A stretch of 64,000 nt of DNA, taken from contig OZ024741.1 of the NCBI GenBank assembly GCA_964016885.1, forward strand, positions 44,268,001 to 44,332,000, read 5' to 3'. This document shows, piece by piece, positions 13,130 to 25,063 of this stretch (positions are counted from its first letter, which is position 1; every line of letters starts with the position of its first letter). This DNA comes from Eledone cirrhosa (lineage: Eukaryota). The notes beneath the pieces were generated by a model that was not told the DNA's origin, made no database searches, and saw nothing but the letters and a program-made list of their open reading frames with translations. The translations under genes were made by a program, and so were the position numbers.

Positions 13130-13205
13130 CCGACCAACACACTCTTCGGTGAAACCCTATTTCGGCCGCTTGTATTCGCGATCGTATAATTTCGATCATT
13201 GCCCA
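13130..13205 (-). mobile_element. Small RTE-clade LINE remnant
   Basis: RSRIQAAEIGFHRRV resembles the RTE C-terminal R.RIQAAEM.FLRR motif. Confidence 0.5.
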
Positions 13206-13403
13206 ATTTTAATTACCTAAGATTTATTCTGATTACATAGATATAAATGTTAATAAGTTGATTTGTGTGTGTGATTCGAAAACTTCCTAAACATCTTGTC
13301 AATGGGGACATAATAACGATTTCAAGAAATGCCGTTACAAAGGCTGTGAAAAATGCGATGTGATATGTATGTTAATATTTCAGAGAAATATTAGCTGTTT
13401 TGG

Positions 13404-13438
<35 letters not shown>

Positions 13439-13450
13439 ATATATATATAT

Positions 13451-14997
13451 GTACTGCAGAGTTCCACGTGCAGTACTTTGACAGAGTTCCACGTGCAGTA
13501 ATCTGGTGGGCTCTTAGAAAACTAGGAGTAGATGAATGGCTTGTGAAAGCGGTACAAGCCATGTATAGGGGAGCAGTCAGCAAAGTTAGGATTGGCAATG
13601 AGTATAGCGAGGAATTTAGCGTACAGGTTGGGGTCCACCAGGGCTCTGTTCTTAGCCCTCTCCTGTTCATCATAGTCCTGCAGGCAATAACGGAGGAGTT
13701 TAAGACCGGATGCCCATGGGAACTCCTGTATGCTGATGACCTCGCACTCATAGCTGAATCTATGGTAGAACTAGAGAATAAATTCCAAACATGGAAGCAG
13801 GGACTAGAGAGAAAGGGCCTCAAAGTCAACATGACAAAGACTAAGGTCCTTATAAGTAGACGAGAAAACAGAACCCAGATCCCCTCAGGGAAATGGCCTT
13901 GCTCAGTATGTAGGAAAGGTGTAGGTAGGAACTCCATTCTTTGCCCCAAATGCAAACAATGGGTACACAAGAGATGTAGCGGGATCTCAGGAAGCTTAAT
14001 TAAGAATGTAGGATTCACATGCAGCAGCTGTGCTGAAACAGCAAGCAAACAGCCACAGGAAACAAGTACCACCAATCTCTGGGAGGGCCCTGTAGAAACA
14101 GTAGACAGCTTCTGCTACCTAGGTGACCGAATTAGCAACGGAGGTGGGTGCTCAGAAAGTACAATAACTAGGGTAAGAACGGGATGGAAGAAGTTTAGGG
14201 AACTACTACCACTGCTAGCTGCAAAAGGCTTCTCCCTCAGAATGAAAGGCAGACTGTATGATGCGTGTATCCGAACAGCGATGTTGCATGGTAGTGAGAC
14301 CTGGGCGCTGAAGGTGGAAGACTTACGTAGATTAGAGAGAAACGAAGCCTGCATGCTCCGATGGATGTGTAACAGTAATATACGTGAACGACAAAGCATA
14401 AATGAATTGAGAGAGAGACTGAGCATAAGAGGAATCAAATGCTGCGTGCAGGAGAGGCGGTTACGCTGGTATGGACATGTGATGCGTATGAAGGATGACA
14501 GCTGCATAAAAAGGTGCAGAGCACTAGAAGTTGATGGAAACCGCGGAGTGGGGAGACCCAAGATGACTTGGGATGAGGTGATAAAAGCCGACCTTACCCA
14601 ACTACACCTCTCAAAGTCAATGACACACGACCGTGACTTCTGGCGTCACGCAGTAATACAGGGTACCCGACCTCCCATGGGTACATGCTGAAGCATATAA
14701 ACAATATGCCCCCCCCCCCCCCCACCGCAAGGTGGTCGTGGAGGTGCCACGGCAAAAAAGCACCCAGCCCACACTGTAAAGTGGACGTGTAGGCGCCACG
14801 AAAAAGCACCCAGCACTCACTGTAAATGAGGTTGGTGTTAGGAAGGGCATCCAGCTGTAGAAATCAAGCCAGATCAGTTCCTGTATGAGCAAGGCATGGT
14901 CAGCCGACCAGACACTGCCCACAACAGGACAACCCGTCTAACCCATGCTAGCGTGGAAGAACGGACGTAAAACGGTGATGATGATGATGATGATAAT
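13451..14997 (+). mobile_element. 5'-truncated RTE-clade LINE: open RT C-terminal ORF to 14691, 3' UTR and (GAT)n tail
   Basis: FDRVPR, GVHQGSVLSPLLF, LLYADDL, FCYLGD, LHGSETW, RLRWYGHV; Cys-rich insert CSVC..C..C..WVH.RC. Confidence 0.93.
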
Positions 14998-15180
14998 AAT
15001 TGTTTCTACTTTTGGCACAAGGCCAGCAACTATCTCAGTGCATTAATGGTGCTTTATTTTATAGACCCGTAAGGATGAAAGGCAAAGTTAACCTCGGCGG
15101 GATTTGAACTCAGACCATAAAGGGACGTAACTATGCTGAAATGCATGGCGTCCGACCCTCTACCGATACTGCCAATCTGG
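14998..15180 (-). mobile_element. tRNA-derived SINE copy
   Basis: gacccgtaaggatgaaaggcaaagttaacctcggcgggatttgaactc. Confidence 0.75.
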
Positions 15181-15373
15181 AAACTATATATCGAATGAAC
15201 ATTCTGGTGAACCTACAGTAATTGGACGTTAAAATCCCTATATATATATGTATATACATACACACCTATATGAGTAAGGTACTCAATACGTAGCAGAGTA
15301 TAAACATTTAATATAGAAATGGCTTCAACATGACTAGAACTGTTTTATTCGGGAGGAGAAACCATTTCCAAAT

Positions 15374-15423
<50 letters not shown>

Positions 15424-15948
15424 TGTGTGTGTGTGTGTGTGTGATTGTGTGTGTGTGCGTGCGTGCGTGCGTGCGTGCGTGCGTGTGTGTGGGGGGGGGG
15501 GGGGGGCATCACAATGATAATGAGTGAAAGTTTCAGCTACGGCAATTCCTCTCATCGAAAGAACAAATCTCAGAAGCTTGCAAGGGGACTTGATATGATG
15601 ATATCGATAAATCCATGAATTGAATCTTAGAGTATTAAATATACGTTAAATGTGTGACATATCAAATTGAATATTCTGGCTGTGTATAGAATGCCACAAT
15701 AGCCACTACAACAACGAAAATACAGACTGGTGAATATACATATTTTTTTCTCGCTCCTCTTTTCCTTCCTCAATAACTTACAGAAGGTATTGACGCAGTT
15801 GGGATAGACATATCGTCTTTAATGATTTGAAATGTCCGAGACCCCCCCCCCCAGCAGATACATGAAGAATGGATCTGTCCCTTGTTTGTACCTTCCTTTT
15901 ATTACTAAATACGCTTTATCAAATAATCACACAACCCCTTGTTCCTTC

Positions 15949-16010
<62 letters not shown>

Positions 16011-17676
16011 CGCGTGTGTGTTTGTGTGTGTGTGTGCGCGTGTGTGTATGTGAGAGCGTGTACCTGTGTGTGTATATATGTGTATGCATATATATATGTA
16101 TCAAATAATTTGCCTGATGTATATGTGTTTACCTATATATTTTATGTAGTTTCATCCGATTGTAGCAATAAACTTCAGTCATCTGTTGGATAAGGTGGAA
16201 TTTTAAGATGCAAATGGAAATGTCACATTTACTTTATTACACTAAATATGTTATTAATGCGTATAGCAATTCAAAAACTAAAGTAAACTTAAAATACAAA
16301 TTTATTAGATTAAAAAACTATAAATGGCCTCCATTTTTCAATAATGTCTTATATTACTTAAATATTCCTTTGATATATAAAGTCTCGTATTATAATTGAC
16401 ATAGAAATAACTACACTTGAATTCCTCGTATTATTTGAGAAGTTAATACCTAATACACCTCCGAAAATATATTGTAAAAATGTGTCTATGCTCTCTTCAT
16501 TTTCCCGAGTTGTCAACAATAATTCAACGATTGGAATGGAAAGCAAACAGATATATAATTAAGTGTAAAAAAGCAAGATTTTGTGGCATTAATAAATTCA
16601 ATAATATTACTGTCATTTAATGACAATATAGACAGCTTTAAAGTTATTATTTATACACATTGTACTCATCAATGATACGTGGTGTCATTAAGAAAGACAT
16701 TATAACTCTTCTTGTTTCGACTACTATTAATTGGATTACGAAACAAAAATTACAAAACAATAAACGAAATGAATTATAAAGCGAAAATCTATGTATCATT
16801 AATATATAAACTATTAGAGGTAATAGATCTTCATGATAGTTTTATAATCATATTTATCTAAAATACCATATTCGTTATCGTATCAACGTCATTTTGTAAT
16901 ATAAAAGCCGCGTGAATAAAAAACACACAATGAACACAATATATGATTGTACATATAAAAATATAAGTTCATATATAGAGACAAAACTTACAGCATTTAA
17001 TCTCTAAAGAACCTATTTTAACGTATTAGCTGTCTTAATAAGGCATTAGATTATCACATTATAAAGATAATTGGTTTGTGTCCTCAGCTAATGTTTAGGT
17101 TCATAATTGCCGTAGTTATGTTATAATACGGAGTTGATTTTTATGCAGTGATACTTGATCTAGGAACCCAAAGCCAACTATACAGACAGAACGACAACGA
17201 TTGGTGAAAGTGGAAACAAGCAAGGTATATAAATTACCAGTTGCTTGTAAATGTGTCTCCCTTTGTTATACAATAAATCTTTAAATAAAATGTATAGGTA
17301 ATATTTCCTTGTCAATGTATAATGTTTAAACAGTTCTACAGTAGATGATGCTAATGAAATATATTCTCTAAAGGAAGAAGGTAATGCAAAAAGTGTTGTG
17401 AAACTATGCAGTAGATGAAATAATGTCTCCTGGTAAAGTTGTCATTAGGTACTATATATCTAACAGTGATATTAACTTAATAACCCATGGCTATGTGATA
17501 TCTAAAAGGTCGTTCCTTACAGGGAATAATTGGCTCCTTTGAATGAAATTTTCAAATAAATGCGTTAAGGGAAATTAACATTTATTGAGTTTATTAACTT
17601 TTATTGATGAAAATATAAATATTCATGATATATACATACTTAAACAGATACATGTATATTATATGCATATGATATG

Positions 17677-17709
<33 letters not shown>

Positions 17710-17758
17710 ATATATGTGTGTGTGTGTGCGTGTGTATACACATGTATATGTGTATATC

Positions 17759-17862
<104 letters not shown>

Positions 17863-17989
17863 GGTGAAGTCGGAAATAGCACGTAATATATATGTTAGGA
17901 TCTGTTTTTTCTATGTTTTCCTTTATTTGATTCGTCAAAGTGACATTATTGACAATATAAGAAGGACAATTCTTTGAAAAAAAAAGTTT

Positions 17990-20243
17990 TATAATTAACC
18001 CATAATTAACCTTTCAAAGATATCTCTAACTAACACACAAATTAACATATTAAGTAAGGGTCTGAAATTTACATCAACACCATAAAAATTTAACTTCCCC
18101 ATCATGGAATTCTGCCTAAAACACAGACTAATAGCATACTTCTCCAATTACACCAACACTGAAGACGAATCAATAGTCAGAAGCAAAAGTGATTGCTGCC
18201 GACAGAAAGAGAAGAAAACAGCCCTGGACACTTACTGCGAACGCACCATCAACTTTCCCTATGATCAAATTGCAAATAAACACATGAAATCGAACCTCTC
18301 CAAACACGAATGGAAAGAATTATTCACACTGCAAAATAACACTGAAATAACCATCGAAGAAGCCGATAAAGGGATCACTGTGGTCATTATGGACACTAAC
18401 TGCTATAGAGACCTGGCACTCTTAGACGACAGCAAGTACTGCGAAAAAACAGAAAACTACAAACAAACTAAAACAATAAGGAATCTCCTAGCATTACTAC
18501 AAAAATACCTCCATAACCTAACCACAAAAGAATTTGAATAGAAAAGCCATTTCAAATGTAATACAAGTGTTTTCTACGGCTTACCGAAGATACATAAATG
18601 TAAACTCATAAAAATGCAAGTGACATATCGACTAACAAATACATACAATTAACACCCCCAGTAGACTTAAATCTCAGATCAATTATAGCAGGCCCTGCAT
18701 GTGAAAACAACAGACTTAGCAACTTCCTGGACATCCTACTAAAGCCCTTACTAAAACATATAGAGAGCTACATACTGGATGACCTATATATGCTGAACCA
18801 CCTACCCAAACAGTAAGTGATAACACTATACTTTTCTCCTTTGACGTAGTAAACCTCTACACTAACATACCCCCTAACTATGGAATAACAGCAATCCAGT
18901 GTTGACTAGACACTCACAAATCTGAAATACCAACACGCATCAACAAAAACTTCATTAATGATGGACTCCGATTTATCTTACAAAATAATTTTTTACTTTC
19001 AATGACTCAACATACTGACAAATTTGAGGGACTGCAATGGGCACAAAGGTAGCCCCCACATACGCTAACTTAGTCATGGGATCCCACGAACAACAAATCT
19101 ACAATCAATTCCTTCTATTATTCGGAGACTCTTTCCTTACACATCTCAAAAATAATTAGAAGAGATACCTAGACAATTGCTTCATGCTATGGCAGGAAGA
19201 CATGAATACACTCATTCTTTTAAAAAAATGACAAACAACATTAACAATGTCATACAATTCACAATGGAATCCAACTCCAAGAAATTAGCCTTCTTGGGTA
19301 TTCTCCTTCTAAAAACAGATGGGAAAATAGAAACATACATCTTTTACAAACCCACGGACTCCAAACAGTACCAGCTATTCACATCAAATCACCCAACACA
19401 TACAAAACTTAACATTCCTTTTAATTTAGCCAAACGTATATGCACCATAGTATCAGACCCAGCTAAACGGGAACAAAGACTAAATGAACTTAAAAACACA
19501 CTTACCATAAGAGCTTTTCCACTTGACATAATTAATAACTGAATAGACAAAGCAAAACACGCAAATTTTTCTCAACCCAACAACCCAAAGCACAGAACCA
19601 CAAACCACAAACCACAAACAATATTTTACCATATGTATCCACGTTCAACCCCACAAACAACGAAATGTTCGACCTCCTACACAAAAACCTCCTCATTCTA
19701 TTTAAAGATAAAAAGCTGAAACAAATTCTAGAAACACACAAGATCATTAAAAGCAAAAGGCAACCAAAATCACTGAAACACATTCTCACTGGAACAAAGA
19801 TACACAACCCTATCTCCAACCTTACAGTAACAAAGTGTGGAAGAACAAACTGTGGAAGAACAAATTGTGGAACATGTCTATACTTAATTGAAGGACATAA
19901 ATTCACGTTTACAGATGGCCACACTTTCACAGTGAAAAACAACTTCACTTAAACTCGGAGAACCTGATCTACGTAATCACATGTGGAGGCTGTCGACATA
20001 ACTATATAGAACAGACGGTGTGTGTCATTACGCAAAAGAATGACCATCCATCGCCAACAAATCCGAGACGTAAACACAAGGAAAATCCCCTTAAGTAGTA
20101 GCACATTGCAGATTGTGCAGGAATGATTCTACCCAACTTTAAAATGCTCCCCCTTTATAAGTGCTCCGAATCTTTTACTCAACAATAAAGAACAAATAAA
20201 GAAAAACTATTTAACAAATTTAAACCAAAAATAAATATGTAAT
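17990..20243 (+). mobile_element. Decayed near-full-length Penelope-like element (RT plus GIY-YIG), many stops and frameshifts
   Basis: IINLS..LSKGLKF, ADKG.TVVIMD, FYGLPKIHK, SFDVVNLYTNIP, GTAMGTKVAPTYANL, RYLD, FYKPTDS..HP, CG.C..L, SENLIYVITCGGC. Confidence 0.92.
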
Positions 20244-20259
20244 CACTCTCATTAGATTC

Positions 20260-20900
20260 CTACACACACACACCACAAAATAAGAGAGGAAATATTACTC
20301 ATTCCAGAAGTTTCATGTTTTAAAGCCACTACTGATACACTGCTCTGTTTTTTTTTTTATTTAAAAAAAAAAATTAAATATAAGAATTTTTTAGTTTTTG
20401 AGAATTGTCTGAATTTTGGGGAATTTTTTTTTAATTTCCCACTGAAAAAAACACACAGGCTGAAAAAAACACACAGAGATACACCACAACCCGCTCCCTC
20501 CTCACATACGTGTGTGTATTGCTATATATATACATACACACCACAAAATAAAAGAGAAACAATTACTCATTCCAGAAGTTACTGTTTGAGAGCCGATAAT
20601 GATACTCTACTCTGGATTTTTTTTTTAATTTTGAGAATCCTTTAAATTTTGACAGATTTTTTGAATTTTGAAGATTTTATTAATTTCCCACCATAAAGGG
20701 ACCAGTGACAGACAGACTGAAAAAAAAAACACACACACACAAATCACCCCCACGCACACACATGTTTGTATTGATATATATCTATACACACACATACACG
20801 CATACACACACACACACATACACAACACAAAGTAAGAGAGAAAAAATTACTAATTCCAGAAGTTCCTGCTTGAGAACTACTAATGAGATTCTGCTCTGAT
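20260..20900 (+). repeat. Three diverged ~85-bp motifs spaced ~280 bp apart in the putative PLE 3' region
   Basis: cacaaaataagaga..attactcattccagaagtt..ctctg at ~20272, ~20541 and ~20826. Confidence 0.65.
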
Positions 20901-20984
20901 TTAAAATACACTACGGTATGAAGATAAGCCACGGGCAGCAGCAACGAACTCCCTCTTTTACCAATGGTTAGCCAACACAGACTG

Positions 20985-21062
20985 GAGATAGAACGTATAG
21001 CAACAAGGGCAGTGTCCCAGTATGGCTTCAGCCGGATGGCTGGCACAGGTAAATGAGTAAAA
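20985..21062 (+). mobile_element. Probable SINE 3' fragment
   Basis: gcagtgtcccagtatggc..gctggcacaggtaaa resembles a recurrent octopus repeat end (from recall, not searched). Confidence 0.35.
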
Positions 21063-21085
21063 CAGTATATATATTTACATGTGTG

Positions 21086-21240
<155 letters not shown>

Positions 21241-21243
21241 CTG

Positions 21244-21293
<50 letters not shown>

Positions 21294-21746
21294 TAGAAAG
21301 GGAGAGAAAGAGAGAGAGTGAGAGAGAGAGACTGGATACATGAGAACTGAGGTAGTTTTCGCTTTCAGAAGATTTACAATGACAGATTTAATGTCATCTT
21401 TATGTAACAAGACGACTCAACATTAAAAATTAAAAACGCATATTTATAAAAGGCGCTTAAATGCAAGAAACGTAATTAACAATGAATTAGTTGTTCGCTG
21501 TCTTATAAATTCTGTCTGACAAGTACTATCATGTGTTAAAATACACGAACATACAATAAAAACGCCTGCTTAAACGTAACTTCATACTTTTTTAAATTAA
21601 AAGAAATATCTTCATTTTATATTAAATATTTGGAGGAATAAATAAATTCAAGAAGCTTTTGAATGTATAATTTAATCATTATTGTTTCAAAGTTCATGGG
21701 ATACAAATGGATATAAATAATATACATATATATATGTATATATATA

Positions 21747-21930
21747 GGATAAGACCCCGACGGCTGAGCTCAAGCCGTTTCGACGGCTAATTCTAATAGA
21801 ATTAGCCGGTGAAACGGCTTGAGCTCAGCCGTCGGGATCTTACTGGTTCCTATTACTCACTCTACTACCCTAAGTATTGAGTACTTTGGTGCGTTATGGT
21901 CCACCTGGTTCCTTACCACATTTCCTTCGT

Positions 21931-21933
<3 letters not shown>
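21747..21933. mobile_element. Mini fold-back (family E) carrying the 3' half of a hammerhead on both arms
   Basis: Palindrome centred at ~21797; GAAAcggct-tgagctc-agccGTC; ~80-nt tail on the right arm; mirrored copy at 61997-62143. Confidence 0.8.
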
Positions 21934-21994
<61 letters not shown>

Positions 21995-22058
21995 TGTGTA
22001 TATGGGTGTGTGCGTGTGTGAGAATGTATGTGATTGTGCGTGCGCATATGTATGCATG

Positions 22059-22089
<31 letters not shown>

Positions 22090-22094
22090 CCCCC

Positions 22095-22230
22095 CCCCGC
22101 GGTTCCCTTCCCTGCTCCAGACCTCGCTGCCACACCACCCGCACATCACCAACACCATCACCTTCCAGGGTCCCAACTGCCACTCTCCCCCTGTCCGGCA
22201 GGCCTTCCGCTGCACCTCCTCCAACATCGT
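22095..22230 (+). pseudogene. PLE Zn-finger linker / GIY-YIG start remnant
   Basis: Across frameshifts: GSLPCSRPRCHT.PHITNTITFQGPN..VRQAFRCTSSNIV. Confidence 0.55.
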
Positions 22231-22493
22231 CCCCCTCTCCCCCCACACATCCCCTTCTAACACCACTAAAACATTCCCTAGTTTCACCATCCCCTCTGCT
22301 CCCAGCCCTCCCCACACTCATATCCAAAAACGCACACACACACCAGTACATCATACTCCCTCCCACTGTCCCCAGCACCTTCTCTCTCTCCCTCTATCTC
22401 TCCCCGCAATACCAACACCCCCACATACCAACATCCCACTAACACCTCCACTAATATACCCCCACACACACACACCGCCACCCTCTCCCTCTC

Positions 22494-22750
22494 CTGAAAA
22501 CGTGTGTTGGAACTGACATTGATATACTTTGGGAGGTTCATGCTGCCATTTGAAACACACGCACCCTTAACGGGATCTTCTGAAACTCTTCAGAAGATCC
22601 CGTTAAGGGTTAAAGCAGCGATTCTTTGCTTAAACGTTAATCTGTTATTTTAATAAATATTTGCTCTACGGTCCATATATATTTGATATATATTTATCCT
22701 TATCGAGCCCTCTTTGGATTTTAGTCTTCAAATTTATTATTATTACTATA
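22494..22750. mobile_element. Composite: family B' terminus fragment (22494-22565) joined to a family C fold-back terminus with tail
   Basis: First part matches the reverse complement of 53823-53896; acccttaacgggatcttctgaa / ttcagaagatcccgttaagggt hairpin; tail matches 12256-12318. Confidence 0.7.
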
Positions 22751-24164
22751 TATATATATATATATATATTCAATGAATAATCCGAAAACAGTGCGGACAG
22801 CTGTAACGAAATCGATGGTTAAACTGAAAAATTATATTAATTTCAGAGAAAAAAAAAACAGAGGCCCCATAAATTTATGTTAGCTAATGGTTGTAGTGTT
22901 TTGTCCTCCATTGGTATGTGATGAAGACCATGATTGTGGCTACTTGTTTGGTTGAGCTTTATGTAATCATGAATAGCTGTGGAGTCAGATTCATAGCAGT
23001 AGCGCCATCGACAATTTAGCTGAATGAATTTTACAGTGCTCTCTTATGGATTTTGCTGTTTGGATGCCCGTTCTCCCTCAAGCATTATAGTGTGGTGCAT
23101 ACATTAACAAGATGGTGGAATGTTTTGTTCTGCCTGAGGATTTACGTAGTGTGTAAAAGCAATGAGATAAAATATGAGATCAGTCAACAAATCTAGATTT
23201 TAGTTCAGATATTAATTTAACAATGTATGATACACTCTTTTCTTAATATAGTATGAATAGTTTAGAAAACTCAGTGTACAAGGGGTGTTTTTGTTTGGAG
23301 AAAGAAATCAATTGATATAACTCATTGAATATTCTGAAATTCTCTCATAATTTTAAAGATCCGTTAATTTCTCTGTGTAAACTGTTAATTCATATTCCAA
23401 ATTTAAACATTATTCATCCAAGCGATTTCTTCAGGAACACATTAACATTGAAAACATTGATAATGGTAGTCAACTTCAGAATGTGAATTAATTATTGAAA
23501 TTCTCTTACTAACATTATTTTCAGCCGGTAAATTATTTCCTATGTTGGTGGGCATTTCAAATAGAAAGTTATAATCCATAATCTTTTTATTCCTCTTGTT
23601 GTTTAGCACCAGGTTCGATCGTTTAGAATAGATATTTGTTGATAATCATTCCAGCCATGTCTTGCCCATCTTTTATGGATACCTAGCTATATATTATCCA
23701 ATGTGTTCATCATTTAAACTGGAACAAAGATATGAAATAGAGTTGGTCACTATTTATGACATGTATAAGAGCTATGTATAGACTCTTATAAAGTCATTGA
23801 CTGATGGAAGAATACAGAAAGTGAGGGACTTCCAGGATAGCCTACTGAGGAGTAAGGGCGGAGCGTATAATATGCGCTGAACGGATCCATTAAAAGTAGT
23901 TCAAGATTAGTCAACTCCGAAAGTAGAATTTATTGGAGTGGAGATAGTATTTGTGCCCGAGGCTTGTATGCATTGGTTTGAAACTCCATATATATGTCGA
24001 GGAGAATTTGCTGTTTACATCACACAGTAGTAATGGTCACACCAGAATCAATGGAAAGAGGATGACAACACGTCATAATTCAGAAAGGAAACAGTAAGTT
24101 GAATAAACTCTTCTGATAATGATAATGATTCCAGCTTCTTTATCATGATCTTCTTCTTCTTCGT

Positions 24165-24195
<31 letters not shown>

Positions 24196-24229
24196 TTTTT
24201 ATTATTATTAATATTATTATTATTATTAT

Positions 24230-24525
24230 TTCCATTTATCTTGCTTTATGTTCATACGAGTTATCACCAAGTCACAACCAGTGACCTCAAGAGACAACAA
24301 GGTCCGCCATATTCAAGAAAGAACATTCATAAAAACACACATGCATCTTTGGGTGTTTAGACTTGTGATGTACTTATATTGACAGAATCTTCCTTAGTAT
24401 ATGGGCAGTTCCCATTAGTACTATCTTTTGTATTTCTCCTATACGCGGGTTTCCTGGGATTTGCGATAAGTAATCATTAGATCCCTTAGGTATCATTCCT
24501 AGAGGGCCTACAACGATTGGTATTG

Positions 24526-24528
<3 letters not shown>
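24230..24528 (-). mobile_element. 3' fragment of R4/Dong-type LINE family 2
   Basis: Homologous to 38490-38790; flanked by (TTA)n. Confidence 0.85.
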
Positions 24529-24565
<37 letters not shown>

Positions 24566-24575
24566 TTTTTTTTTT

Positions 24576-24952
24576 TAGTCTCAGTCATTGATGTTAGTTA
24601 ACTGGAAAGTTTGTTGAAATGAATATCAAGCCACTACCTGCAGCCTCAGATATTCAGGACGTATCGGAGGGTTATTGCTGTTCCCAGCAAGCATGCCTTT
24701 TGAAGCGTTCCAAAAAGCGTGAAGGGGACAATTTTCTTTGACCATCCCTGGAAACTTTTTGAGATAGTCCCTAGTGCGCCTATGACAATCGGGATCACTT
24801 TGACTTCATGGCAGTTCCAAAACCTTTTTACCTCCCACTTTAAGTCCTGGTATCGGTTAATTTTCTCCCTCTCCTTCTCTTGCACTCTCGTGTCGAATGG
24901 GCAGGCCACATCCACAATCAGGCACGATCTTTTTTCTTTGTCCAAAACCACC
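24576..24952 (-). mobile_element. 3' fragment of R4/Dong-type LINE family 1
   Basis: LIVDVACPFD..EREKINRYQDL..IPIVIGALG; nearly identical to the end of the 25064 ORF. Confidence 0.9.
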
Positions 24953-25063
24953 TATTATTATTATTATTATTATTATTGTTATTGTTATTCCTTGAATCTC
25001 AGTCATTGATGTTGGTTAACTGGAAAGTCCGTTGGATTGAATATCAAGCCACTACCTGCAGCC

